Positions 1 through 9,339 of a stretch of 64,000 bases of DNA are shown piece by piece. Within the stretch, counting starts at the first letter, position 1. Each line of letters starts with the position of its first letter. Under the pieces are notes generated by a model. That model was given only the letters and a program-made list of their open reading frames with translations, was not told the DNA's origin and did not search any database. Origin of the DNA: Minisyncoccota bacterium (lineage in GTDB: Bacteria; Patescibacteriota; Minisyncoccia; Phycocordibacterales; DATDWN01); assembly GCA_036517395.1 (NCBI GenBank), contig DATDWN010000016.1, positions 11,262-75,261 of the forward strand, written 5' to 3'. The position numbers and the translations under genes were made by a program.

Positions 1-488
1 TTTATTGTTTATATGTTATAGTTCAAAGAGACTGTCCAACCATCTCTGCTGAACTGCAGGGGCTTGGGTAAAAACCCAAGTAATCTTCCTGAACTGGAGA
101 GGATCATGTTCAATCGAAAAAAGCGTCCTGTGCTCACTGCGACAACTTGCAACGGAATGGAGAACCTGCGTCTAGCAATTGAGGTTCTCACGAGATAGAT
201 ACAAACATGTTTCTAAGCAACCAGCTTTCCTTCGACGATCCCCAGCAAGTTTTTCAAGGAATAGGTAGACCCTATTATTATCCAGAGTCTGCTTTGAAGA
301 AAGGTTATGCCAAGCCGAAGTCGAAAACTTATAGGATTGGGGTTTATAAAAACTATCCAAAATCTTTCGAGAAAGAAATAAAGTTAGTGGGGATAGAATA
401 ATCCTTAGGTAGTTGCATTTCTTGGTTTCTTTATGTATGCTGTCTCTACTTTTGACTTTATGACTTTATGAATTTTAACTAAATTTTT

Positions 489-665
489 ATGTCACAGGAT
501 AGATTAATACCACTAAGAAACAAGGAATCCGGAGACGTCTTCTGGACTTCGAAAAATAAGAAAAAAGTTGAGCGTAAAATTGAGCTCAAAAAATATAGTA
601 AGACGCTTCGAAAAAGAGTGATTTTTAAAGAGGAGAAGTCACCTCTGAAAGCCTTAAAGAAGTAG
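489..665 (+). CDS. rpmG: 50S ribosomal protein L33
   Basis: 58-aa ORF missing from the ORF track, translated by hand: MSQDRLIPLRNKESGDVFWTSKNKKKVERKIELKKYSKTLRKRVIFKEEK..., matching the L33 pattern. Confidence 0.9.
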   Translation: MSQDRLIPLRNKESGDVFWTSKNKKKVERKIELKKYSKTLRKRVIFKEEKSPLKALKK

Positions 666-2486
666 AACAAAAAATCGCCAAAAGGGTGTTTTTTTGTTAT
701 ATTGGTGATGTATTGGGGGATTAGTTAAGTGGTATAACAGCGCTCTCCAAAAGCACTGTCGGGAGTTCGATTCTTCCATCCCCCGCATTGTAGCGAATGA
801 AGTCTCAAAAGCTTCTTTTTGCCTTGTAGTATAGCCACGCTTTTTAGGTTCGAGCGAAGCAAAGAGGACTTTCTGAGACCGAAGTTCATTTTCAATGAGC
901 AAATACGGATGTATGCGTTCTATATTGAGCTTTTTATCTTTTAGAGTTAGGTTCGAGCCGATGGTAGAAAATATATTACGCTTCTTTTGAATGTCATCTG
1001 TAACAAAGTGTTTTAACGCAAATCTACAGAAATTAAATGTACGCTCTGTTGTCTCTATGGATTGGTCAAATTTTGTTTTTACTTCATTAAGTTCAGTTTC
1101 AATCGCTCCTCTCTCTTTTAACAACCCTCTTTTCTGTTCAAGATATTCGTCTGGTGTATATAACTCATGATTGATATTTTGAGGTGAAGTATATTCTCGA
1201 TGAAGATTTGCGATACGAGTTTGCACATTATCATAAGTGGCTTGCAGTGAGTCACGAATTCTTTTCTCTCCACTTGTAGAGTCATTTTGTTTTTCAGAAA
1301 GATAATCAAGAGCAACTCTTAGATATTCTTCGTCAATCGTTAGACCAGAAAGAACTTCGTTGAATTGTGTATCGAGGTCTTCAAGTTTTATGGACCTCTG
1401 AGTACAGGTTTTACATGGTCTCTTCGTGCAGTGAAAATAAGTGTAGTGAAGAATGGTGGGATTAATCATCTCTGATATATCTGTTTTACATTTTGCACAA
1501 GCAGTTCTGCCTTCATACGCAAATTTGTATTTACATTTTGTACAAATAATCTGATGTTTTTCTTCTGCTGTGATAGTTCCATTACATTCTCCGCACTTAA
1601 TAAGTCCTGTCGCATAGAAATTTCTAGTTTTTGGTTGAGGCTTACCTTGCCTTCCAAGAAGGACCTGTGCTCGCCAGAATTCTTTTTCCGTAATCATTGG
1701 CTGATGATTACCTTTGTATAATTCTTTTTCTCCGGTCTCATCATTCTTCCATTCAAAAGACCCATAGTAAAAAGGTTCTTTGAACATTTCATAAATCTGT
1801 GTACGACTTAATGGCTTACCACCAAGGCGTTTTCTTATTGTTGTTCTTAGCCCCCATTTGGTATTTGCTGTATCAAGGATTTTGGTCACTGAATATGTGC
1901 CTGTGAGAAACAGGTCCCACATTTTTCGGACAATTTCAAAATTTTTCTCATCGGGTACAATAATTTTTTCTCCTTTGTCGCCTTGATTTTTATAACCTAT
2001 TGGAGCAAGGCTTGGTCGCCAACCCTTTGCGACTCTTGAATTCAAGCCTCGCTTAACATTCTTAGAAAGTCTGACCACATAGTCGGTAGCACGACCACCT
2101 TCAATACTCATAAGAAGACCAGCATCTTCTGGATAGAATGAGCGACTTGGAGTTTTAATTACTTTTATGACAGATTTTTGGAGCATCCATTGTAACCGCC
2201 CATTATCAATCGGATTTCGAGATAAGCGGTCAATATCCCAACACAAAAGACCGTCTGCCTCGCCATTTTGAATACGATCTAGCATTTCATTAAAGACTTT
2301 TCGCCCAGGATCCTTTGCACTCTTTTCTTCAGTGAAAGGTGCTTTTGCTAGAAACAATTCTTCACGGTCTGCAATCTGTTTAAGAGCGTCTGTTTGGTCG
2401 CCAATAGATGCAACTTGCCGTTGAGAGTCTTCAGAACTTTTACGACAGTATACGAAGTATTTTATTTTAGTATTATCTTGGGTCAT
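654..2486 (-). CDS. Large serine recombinase (resolvase + recombinase + Zn-ribbon + coiled coil); integrated form reads through tRNA-Trp antisense
   Basis: YCRKSSED catalytic motif, DRLSRN, APIGY, H-x-PMIT, GLIKCGECNG, YFHC motifs. Confidence 0.95.
   Translation of the reverse strand: MTQDNTKIKYFVYCRKSSEDSQRQVASIGDQTDALKQIADREELFLAKAPFTEEKSAKDPGRKVFNEMLDRIQNGEADGLLCWDIDRLSRNPIDNGRLQWMLQKSVIKVIKTPSRSFYPEDAGLLMSIEGGRATDYVVRLSKNVKRGLNSRVAKGWRPSLAPIGYKNQGDKGEKIIVPDEKNFEIVRKMWDLFLTGTYSVTKILDTANTKWGLRTTIRKRLGGKPLSRTQIYEMFKEPFYYGSFEWKNDETGEKELYKGNHQPMITEKEFWRAQVLLGRQGKPQPKTRNFYATGLIKCGECNGTITAEEKHQIICTKCKYKFAYEGRTACAKCKTDISEMINPTILHYTYFHCTKRPCKTCTQRSIKLEDLDTQFNEVLSGLTIDEEYLRVALDYLSEKQNDSTSGEKRIRDSLQATYDNVQTRIANLHREYTSPQNINHELYTPDEYLEQKRGLLKERGAIETELNEVKTKFDQSIETTERTFNFCRFALKHFVTDDIQKKRNIFSTIGSNLTLKDKKLNIERIHPYLLIENELRSQKVLFASLEPKKRGYTTRQKEAFETSFATMRGMEESNSRQCFWRALLYHLTNPPIHHQYNKKTPFWRFFVLLL
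715..785 (+). tRNA. tRNA-Trp(CCA); integration site of the adjacent element
   Basis: GGGGGAT/ATCCCCC acceptor stem, anticodon loop CT-CCA-AA, T-arm GGGAG-TTCGATT-CTTCC. Confidence 0.92.
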
Positions 2487-2814
2487 AAAATATTTTACCT
2501 ATGTTCAGATTATTATTGTCGTCTTCGTACCCATGAATAATTACTTGTAGACCCGCTGTTTCACCTTTCAGGACTAGTCTCTTTATTTCCATGAGTTGAT
2601 TGAATTTATCCTTCCACATTTCTCCATATTGTTCACGCAAGACCCTTTTAACATTTTTTATATCGTCACTATCAACTACTGGTTTCCGACATTCAAAACA
2701 TTCAATTAATCCGCTTTCATTAATTTTGTAATAATGTGTATGTTTCTGACCCTCACAATTTTTTGAAACATACACATCCACATCTTCAACTGATTTTATT
2801 ATAGCTTTTTTCAT
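2473..2814 (-). CDS. Small hypothetical protein with a CxxC motif, overlapping the integrase start
   Basis: ATG at 2814 within the 2473..2880 ORF; CFEC motif; overlaps the integrase ATG. Confidence 0.55.
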   Translation of the reverse strand: MKKAIIKSVEDVDVYVSKNCEGQKHTHYYKINESGLIECFECRKPVVDSDDIKNVKRVLREQYGEMWKDKFNQLMEIKRLVLKGETAGLQVIIHGYEDDNNNLNIGKIFYDPR

Positions 2815-2941
2815 ATAATTTGTATTTAGTTTACTTGGTAATTTATCAATATAAGCAATATATGCTTGCCGAGTTACCACCCTTTAGCCAAGAAGAAAGA
2901 AAGCCAATTCGGCAAAACGGCAACATATTTATTAACTACTA

Positions 2942-4051
2942 CTAAAATAATCCTTTTTCGTCTTCAACTAAGGGTTTTTCTTCTTCTCTTGGTAGAAAGT
3001 ACAGATTTTGCCTGCCTTGCTTAACACAATCAATCATTCCCTCGTTCACCAACTCTATAAGAGCCATCTGAACATTTTTTGTCCCTGCTGTCTTTTTTAA
3101 CATCTCAACCATCTCTCGTTTGGTTTTACTCCCATCAGGAAGAATGTCCAAAATCTTCTCTTTTGCTTCTTCTTTCTTATTCTCTTGGTCCTCAATCTCT
3201 CCACCATAAGTGAGTTCTGTTTTCACTATTTCGTCTTTAACATGGTCCCGTATAATCGTCTTAAAGGGGTTTATTTCCCTTGTGAGACGGTTTTTTCGCT
3301 GGTATACATCTATCTCTTCTCCTCCTGGTTCGCTCTTCAACATAAGCAGTATTTCCACAGAAGCAGTTTTATCTGTGCTTCCGAAGAGAAATTCTTTTTT
3401 TGGAACCTTGCCCTCAAAGTTGGATGGTTTTCTGAAATGGTCTAAGAAAACTACTGCAACACCCTTATCCTTTAAGATTTTAAGCCTATTAAAGAAGGTT
3501 CTAATTTCATCTGCTTTTTCTTCTTTTATTCCACCTGCAACTGCTCTGAATGTGTCTAGAAATACAACTTTAATATCATAGTAATCAATAACATTTAATA
3601 ACCAGTCAACCCCTCTATCTTCATTGAGGTCTAACTCTGTATCACTATAGACTAAAATCTTTTTGTTAGTTTCACTAAATCCTAATTGTTTTCCTCTTCG
3701 TTGTGCTTCACTTTGCGACATCTCCATGTCGACATAGAGAACATTTCCTGCTTCAGTTTTGAAATCTTTGTTACCAAGAAAATCAATTCCTAATGCGATA
3801 CAACGAGCCATCTCCATCGCAAACCAAGTTTTCTTTTCTCCTGTAACAGAAGCTAGTATGACAAAACCTTCATATGGAATGAGATTTTGGACCAACCATC
3901 TTTGTTTGGAAAATTCTTTATTATCTAGAGTTGTCCAATGCATAGGTTCAAAGAAATGTTTCTCAACTTTTCTTTCTGCTCTTTTATATCCTGCATCCAA
4001 ACCTCTTTCCATAGAAAAATCTTTGAATGTTTGGTTTCTATTTTCCTCCAT
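2942..4051 (-). CDS. AAA_25/RepA-like (RecA-fold) ATPase/helicase with a probable C-terminal winged helix
   Basis: WLVQNLIP, variant Walker A SVTGEKKT, VLYVDME, Walker B VVFLDT, H-F-RK and GS motifs of RepA/primase-helicase ATPases. Confidence 0.8.
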   Translation of the reverse strand: MEENRNQTFKDFSMERGLDAGYKRAERKVEKHFFEPMHWTTLDNKEFSKQRWLVQNLIPYEGFVILASVTGEKKTWFAMEMARCIALGIDFLGNKDFKTEAGNVLYVDMEMSQSEAQRRGKQLGFSETNKKILVYSDTELDLNEDRGVDWLLNVIDYYDIKVVFLDTFRAVAGGIKEEKADEIRTFFNRLKILKDKGVAVVFLDHFRKPSNFEGKVPKKEFLFGSTDKTASVEILLMLKSEPGGEEIDVYQRKNRLTREINPFKTIIRDHVKDEIVKTELTYGGEIEDQENKKEEAKEKILDILPDGSKTKREMVEMLKKTAGTKNVQMALIELVNEGMIDCVKQGRQNLYFLPREEEKPLVEDEKGLF

Positions 4052-4220
4052 AATTTTTTGGGATTATTACCTCCTTTGGATTTAAGTGACTTGTTATTGT
4101 ACTAACGAGGCACACTAATTTTTCAAAATACTCAAGAGCCAACTCATCTGATAGAGTCGTTTTGTTTTTAAGCTCGTATAGCTTCCTTACCCTCTGGATG
4201 TACTTCGTTTTATCGACCAA
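4038..4220 (-). CDS. Small hypothetical protein, first gene of the leftward rep/int operon
   Basis: 60-aa ORF overlapping the AAA gene start. Confidence 0.55.
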   Translation of the reverse strand: MVDKTKYIQRVRKLYELKNKTTLSDELALEYFEKLVCLVSTITSHLNPKEVIIPKNYGGK

Positions 4221-4226
4221 AATAAA

Positions 4227-4300
4227 AACCCATTCCTAGTTTTGCGGACTACTTGGAGGTTATCCGCAAAACCCGAAATAGGTTAAAGGTTCTCCAAGTA
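4227..4300 (-). promoter_or_regulatory. Pseudoknot/attenuator-like leader RNA
   Basis: Stem 4239-4248/4263-4272; loop 4250-4258 is complementary to 4292-4300; outer stem has G-U pairs only on the minus strand and is followed by a U-tract. Confidence 0.55.
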
Positions 4301-4604
4301 CAAACACCTACAAAAACAACCGCCTAAAGCGGTGTTTTCTTGCACATTAATATCAAGTGACAAGAAGACAGTAGCTTTTTAGCTAAACTGAATTTGTCCC
4401 TAGTGAGGTGCCGGTAGCTAGTGCGATGGCGACTGGTATAGTCTTGGAGCCTGTGCTGATGCTGGTGGCTATGAGGGGTGTTTTCTAAACTGAAAATGAA
4501 TTAACCAAAGTATATATCTGTCAAAAAATAAGTCAATCCTATTATCCACCACCTTGAATAAAAGTAATTACTCTGACATGATTAAATTACAACTTAATAA
4601 AAAG

Positions 4605-4749
4605 TTGACCTAACCCCCATAGTTTTCTGTGGGATATGGTCAAAAACCGGTAAGAGACAAAGAACCCATCATATAGGGCTACTCTTACCGGTCCCTGCGG
4701 GAAACTGCAGGTGGAGGACCTCGGTCCTCACCTATGTGGTGGGCTTTTT
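4605..4749 (+). ncRNA. Multi-stem structured RNA or leader upstream of the accessory operon
   Basis: Stems 4646-4656/4682-4692, CCTGCGG-GAAA-CTGCAGG and GAGGAC-CTCG-GTCCTC; 13-bp loop pairing 4665-4677/4731-4743; 3' U-tract. Confidence 0.55.
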
Positions 4750-4791
4750 GTGTCCAAAATACGAATTATTTTTATTATTAAATAAATTATT

Positions 4792-5013
4792 ATGTATAGT
4801 ATAAAACTACTTCTTGCTATGACTGTTTTTACTTTTTTAAGTTACATGGTTCTTCCTACACTTGTTAAAAAATTACGATTAAAAGACAGTGAAAAAATGA
4901 AGAATAGTTTACCAGTAACCGCAAATGCCAAAGCCGGGTTATTTATTTTAGCAGGAATTATTGGATTATTTTTTATTATTTATATCTTTGGCACAATACT
5001 AGGTTGGGACTAG
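4792..5013 (+). CDS. Small two-TM membrane protein
   Basis: Two hydrophobic segments. Confidence 0.6.
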   Translation: MYSIKLLLAMTVFTFLSYMVLPTLVKKLRLKDSEKMKNSLPVTANAKAGLFILAGIIGLFFIIYIFGTILGWD

Positions 5014-5134
5014 TATTTAGTAGATCAAAAAATATTAAAATAATTGCTAGATAAATATTGACTTGTGTTTATATATATTGAGGAGTAACATATGAATACT
5101 TGATTATTAACAAATTACTAATAAAGATACACCT

Positions 5135-5635
5135 ATGTTTTGCGAACATTGTGGAACAAAAATAGAAGGAGGTGCTCAATTCTGCCAAAATTGTGGTAAG
5201 ACAACTTCGGGGACTACCAAAACCACTCCATCAACAAACCCAATTTCTGATCCAGCTGAGGTAAAAACTGAAGCAATAGTTAAATGTGGAAATTGTGATT
5301 ATGTCGGTCCTGGAGAACCAGCGAGATCACCAGGTGCGATTTTTCTAGCTTGGGTTTGTATTGTTATTGCATGGCCAATTACTGTCCTTTATTTTGCAAC
5401 AACTCATAAATATCGATGCCCAAAATGTAAATCAACATTTCTGGGAATTAAGGATAAAGAAGGAAAATTTACGGCTCCAAGTGGTGGTAATAAAAGTCCA
5501 GTAATGATACTTGTTTGGGTTCTTTTAGTAATAGCCATAATCGGCATTCTTTCGTCTGTTGTACTTGCTTCATTGAATACAGCTCGTGAAAAAGGAAGGC
5601 AAGCACAAGAACAAAGTTCAGGACAATATAAGTAA
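5135..5635 (+). CDS. Zinc-ribbon membrane protein with a C-terminal type IV pilin-like helix
   Basis: MFCEHCG...FCQNCG; CGNC...CPKC around a TM segment; ends LVIAIIGILSSVVLASLNTAREKGR. Confidence 0.8.
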   Translation: MFCEHCGTKIEGGAQFCQNCGKTTSGTTKTTPSTNPISDPAEVKTEAIVKCGNCDYVGPGEPARSPGAIFLAWVCIVIAWPITVLYFATTHKYRCPKCKSTFLGIKDKEGKFTAPSGGNKSPVMILVWVLLVIAIIGILSSVVLASLNTAREKGRQAQEQSSGQYK

Positions 5636-5641
5636 AAGATT

Positions 5642-6547
5642 ATGTACTGTAAAAACTGTGGCACTAAATCAGATGGTATAAAAAAATTCTGCACTAAATG
5701 CGGTAAAGAATTCTCTAAATCTGACAACGCAAAAGAAAATACAAATTCAGCTCAATCAGCACCAAGCTTTTCACAGACTCCAAGCGAGTCCTCATGGAGT
5801 CCGGGGAGAATAATCGGCATAATTATTGTTCTAGCTTTTATTGGATGGAGTGTATATAGCTCTCAAGATGATGCTGTTGTTGAAAAGAATAACAATGCCA
5901 TAACAGCTTTCGACTCTGGAAATAGTGATCAAGCGATTACCCAATTCCAAGAAGCATCAAAAGATGCAGTGACAAATGATAATAAAATTAATACCTTAAA
6001 AAATCTTGCTTATGTATATTCTTCTAAGGGACAAAATGATTTAGCGATAAGTACATTCAAACAGGCTCTTGCGTTAACTTCAGGAGACTCCTTCGATTAC
6101 TATTTGATTGCTGGAGAAATTGCCATCCTTGAAAATAAGCCGAATTCAGCACAGATATCTTATAATAAAGCATACGAAAAAAACCCTAATGATTTTCAAA
6201 TCAACAATGCTCTCGCTCTTTTCTATCTTGATATAGAGGGTATTGCACCTCAATATGCTGATTATAAAAAAGCTGTTCAATATGCACTAAGAGCGACACA
6301 ACTTACTGATTTACAGTTAGCCAAGCAAAATCTTGGCTTAGCTTATTACTTTAATGAAAACTATCCTCAGGCAATATCGACTTTTAGTAATCTCACTTTG
6401 GACAAAGACTCAACTACTGCATATTGGTTAGGTTTGTCATATGCGAGAAATGGCGATCCGACAAATGCGAAATTTTATCTAAGGAAAGCTATCGCTAATG
6501 GGGTAGATGTACCTCAGGAGGTTTATGATTATATAAATTCAAATTAA
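5642..6547 (+). CDS. Zinc-ribbon + TM + TPR protein
   Basis: MYCKNCG...FCTKCG, one TM, TPR-like repeats (NLAYVYSSKGQNDLAISTFKQAL, NLGLAYYFNENYPQAI). Confidence 0.85.
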   Translation: MYCKNCGTKSDGIKKFCTKCGKEFSKSDNAKENTNSAQSAPSFSQTPSESSWSPGRIIGIIIVLAFIGWSVYSSQDDAVVEKNNNAITAFDSGNSDQAITQFQEASKDAVTNDNKINTLKNLAYVYSSKGQNDLAISTFKQALALTSGDSFDYYLIAGEIAILENKPNSAQISYNKAYEKNPNDFQINNALALFYLDIEGIAPQYADYKKAVQYALRATQLTDLQLAKQNLGLAYYFNENYPQAISTFSNLTLDKDSTTAYWLGLSYARNGDPTNAKFYLRKAIANGVDVPQEVYDYINSN

Positions 6548-6548
6548 T

Positions 6549-6941
6549 ATGTACTGCGAACATTGTGGAACAAAAATAGATAAGTCACATAAATTCTGTA
6601 CTAAATGTGGAAATGCAACTGACCCTGCACAAGTAAAGGCCACCGTGACACAACATCCTGTATTAGCACTTAATGACAAGTGGTGGCACCGACTCCTAAA
6701 AGTTTTATATATCATTGTATATTTTCCGTTGTTAGGTATTGTTCCAATGGTTTGGAGTTCAAATGTTCCATATTGCTATGCTTCTTATTCATGCTATGGC
6801 TCATATAGCGAGGCTTTTTGGTACTCAGTTCTCACTTTGGTTATTTATGTAGTGACAATTAGATTAATCAAGATTGCTGTTATATATGTGGCTTTTGGTC
6901 GAAAAGCTGAATGGAAAAAGGAGTTTAAGAAACCTTTCTAA
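6549..6941 (+). CDS. Zinc-ribbon two-TM protein
   Basis: MYCEHCG...FCTKCG followed by two hydrophobic helices. Confidence 0.8.
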   Translation: MYCEHCGTKIDKSHKFCTKCGNATDPAQVKATVTQHPVLALNDKWWHRLLKVLYIIVYFPLLGIVPMVWSSNVPYCYASYSCYGSYSEAFWYSVLTLVIYVVTIRLIKIAVIYVAFGRKAEWKKEFKKPF

Positions 6942-6945
6942 ATTT

Positions 6946-7410
6946 ATGATCATTTTTGGTTGGGGATTTCAGACAATTAAAAACTTTGGTCCGGCTTTTA
7001 AGAACCTTTGTAGTCATTGTAATAATGAACAGTACTGGGTTCTGACGAGGATCATGACATGGTTTACATTATTTTTTATTCCGATATTTCCATATGAAAT
7101 TACATATCGCCTATCATGTCCTGTATGCAAATATGGACTTACATTAAACCAGAAGCAAGTCAGTGAGATAAAACCGCTTGCTGAGTTAAATCAACTACTT
7201 GTTGAAGGCCAAATCACTCAAGAAGAATATCAAGTTCGGCTAAATCGACTCAATGATGGACCTTCTGAACCAATTGAAGCAGAAATTGTAGAAACTAAGG
7301 CTTTAACTGAAAATGTATCCAGCCTGAGCTACTGTGCAAGCTGTGGGGGCAAGGTTACAGAAGAATTAAGGTTTTGTGGAAATTGTGGAACTCCTACTAC
7401 AACAAAATAA
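6946..7410 (+). CDS. zinc-ribbon_15-like protein with a SHOCT-like segment and a C-terminal zinc ribbon
   Basis: MIIFGWG...CSHC...WFTLFFIPIFP...CPVC; GQITQEEY; YCASCG...FCGNCG. Confidence 0.8.
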   Translation: MIIFGWGFQTIKNFGPAFKNLCSHCNNEQYWVLTRIMTWFTLFFIPIFPYEITYRLSCPVCKYGLTLNQKQVSEIKPLAELNQLLVEGQITQEEYQVRLNRLNDGPSEPIEAEIVETKALTENVSSLSYCASCGGKVTEELRFCGNCGTPTTTK

Positions 7411-7413
7411 TTT

Positions 7414-8361
7414 ATGTTTTGCAAAAATTGTGGCAATGAAATAAAACAAGGAATTAAATTTTGCACTAAATGTGGAAAAGAAAGTTTGCCTATCCAAATC
7501 CCTATTAAAACTAAGTATAAAATACTGTTAAAAAACAAACTGAAGAAATTTCATCAGTTTTTAACAAAGAAAAAATTGATTATTGGGTGGGTCACACTTA
7601 CCATCCTAGTTCTAGGTGCATACTTTATATATACAAAAGGAAAACATAAGATACCGACAGCTGATCAAATACAGAAAGATATTGCGTCTGTTGTTGTAAA
7701 TATCTATTGCGAAGGATCCAATGGGTGGGATGACGAAACTCAAATATCTGGTGGCTCAGGTACTATTATTACTACTGATGGTCTTGTACTTACAAATGCA
7801 CATATAATTCCGCAAGGTAAAGACGAAAGCCTTTACGATAAAAGTTGTTTAGTAAGCCTTCCCGATCCAACAACAGGAGCTTCAAAGGAAATATATTATG
7901 CGAGACCTATTGTGGTCCCAGATATAAGTGAGAAATATGACCTCGCTTTCCTACAAATAGATGATGTTTATTATGATGAAGCAGAAGATAAATTTTATGG
8001 TGAATACCCTAAAGTATTTCCTGCGTATGATGATGAAAAATATTGTAAGGCAGAGGATGTAAAGCTTGGTGAACCAGTTAGAATATATGGTTACCCTGCA
8101 ATAAGTGGTGGATATGCACTCACTATTACTGACGGTATAGTTAGTAGTCTACTCCCAAAATCTGGATACATTATAACTTCTGCAAAAATTAGTCATGGAA
8201 ATTCTGGTGGTCTTGCAGTTGATCAATATGGGTGCAGAATTGGAGTACCATCAATGGTTAGCGGTGATGATTATGAGAGTTTAGGGGTCATCATTTCAAA
8301 CAATCTTATATATGATTTCACGGAGGAAATAAGAACCATATTAAATACTACAGACAACTAA
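7414..8361 (+). CDS. Zinc-ribbon + TM + trypsin-like serine protease
   Basis: MFCKNCG...FCTKCG; GSG, LTNAHI (His), DLA (Asp), GNSGG (Ser). Confidence 0.9.
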   Translation: MFCKNCGNEIKQGIKFCTKCGKESLPIQIPIKTKYKILLKNKLKKFHQFLTKKKLIIGWVTLTILVLGAYFIYTKGKHKIPTADQIQKDIASVVVNIYCEGSNGWDDETQISGGSGTIITTDGLVLTNAHIIPQGKDESLYDKSCLVSLPDPTTGASKEIYYARPIVVPDISEKYDLAFLQIDDVYYDEAEDKFYGEYPKVFPAYDDEKYCKAEDVKLGEPVRIYGYPAISGGYALTITDGIVSSLLPKSGYIITSAKISHGNSGGLAVDQYGCRIGVPSMVSGDDYESLGVIISNNLIYDFTEEIRTILNTTDN

Positions 8362-9272
8362 TGAATAATTCTAATACTAAAGAACTTGTTATAGGAATAG
8401 TTATTTTAGTCATCTCAGCTTCAAGTCTGCTTATTAAAAGTATTCCTATTATATGGATCGGAGGTTTTATTTGGGGAGGTAGCATGATAGCTAAAGCATT
8501 AAATAACAAAAAACAATATTCTTTTCGGACCACAGAAATTGAAAAAGAAATAATAACATGTGATAACTGTAAACAAAAAATAAGAGTGCCAAAAGACAGA
8601 CAAAGATTTATCAATATTACTTGTCCCCATTGTAAAGAGAGTCCATTTTTGAGTTTATCTGATAGATTTCATAGAAGTCCTAGAAAAACAAAATTGCTTT
8701 GGATTGGAGGTCTAATTTTTGTAATCCTTGTATTTACATATGTGATATTCAAAAGTGGAAATTCTGTTACCACTCCACCTGTAACCCCAGTAGTCGCAAC
8801 CACAATAACACCTCAAAAGACTCAACAACCCTCAATAGTTCCAACCCCAACTAATATAGTTTCTTTTTCAAACGGAGAGTTTCTTACTAAAAATTCTTAC
8901 TATTTACAAGGATCAGGAAACTTAGAAATTAGAAATGGAACCAATAATAACGCAGTAGCGAAACTTGTGAGTACGGTTACAGACAAATCAGTGGCGACTG
9001 TCTATATTGGAGCAAATAACACTTACACCTTAAAAAATATTTCTAATGGAAGTTACAGATTGGTTTTTAACTTAGGTCACGATTGGGATACCATAAGTAA
9101 AAAGTTTACAAGAAATTCTAGCTACTCGGTTTTTGAGGAGAATTTCGACTATACAACAAGATCATCTAGCGATGGCTACTACTACCGAACATTTGAAGTT
9201 ACCCTAAACCCAGTTATTGGTGGGACAGCTGAAACTAATGATATAAACCAAGAAGAGTTTAGTGCTTACTAG
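8361..9272 (+). CDS. Membrane protein with an internal zinc ribbon and an extracellular beta-rich domain
   Basis: Two TM, CDNC...CPHC, TM, Pro/Thr linker, C-terminal domain. Confidence 0.7.
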   Translation: MNNSNTKELVIGIVILVISASSLLIKSIPIIWIGGFIWGGSMIAKALNNKKQYSFRTTEIEKEIITCDNCKQKIRVPKDRQRFINITCPHCKESPFLSLSDRFHRSPRKTKLLWIGGLIFVILVFTYVIFKSGNSVTTPPVTPVVATTITPQKTQQPSIVPTPTNIVSFSNGEFLTKNSYYLQGSGNLEIRNGTNNNAVAKLVSTVTDKSVATVYIGANNTYTLKNISNGSYRLVFNLGHDWDTISKKFTRNSSYSVFEENFDYTTRSSSDGYYYRTFEVTLNPVIGGTAETNDINQEEFSAY

Positions 9273-9339
9273 CCACACTCTCGGCCAGGACCATCCATTG
9301 GTCTAGGTAAGTCTTTAATGCTAAACTCAACTTATTACA

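Noticed and set aside
1-401. Short ORFs at the window start
   Set aside because: Fragmentary frames with no recognisable motif; possibly a decayed gene, but not supportable.
3810-3870. Non-canonical Walker A (SVTGEKKT) as a sign of an inactive ATPase
   Set aside because: The catalytic K-T and Walker B are retained, and RepA-like ATPases vary at this position.
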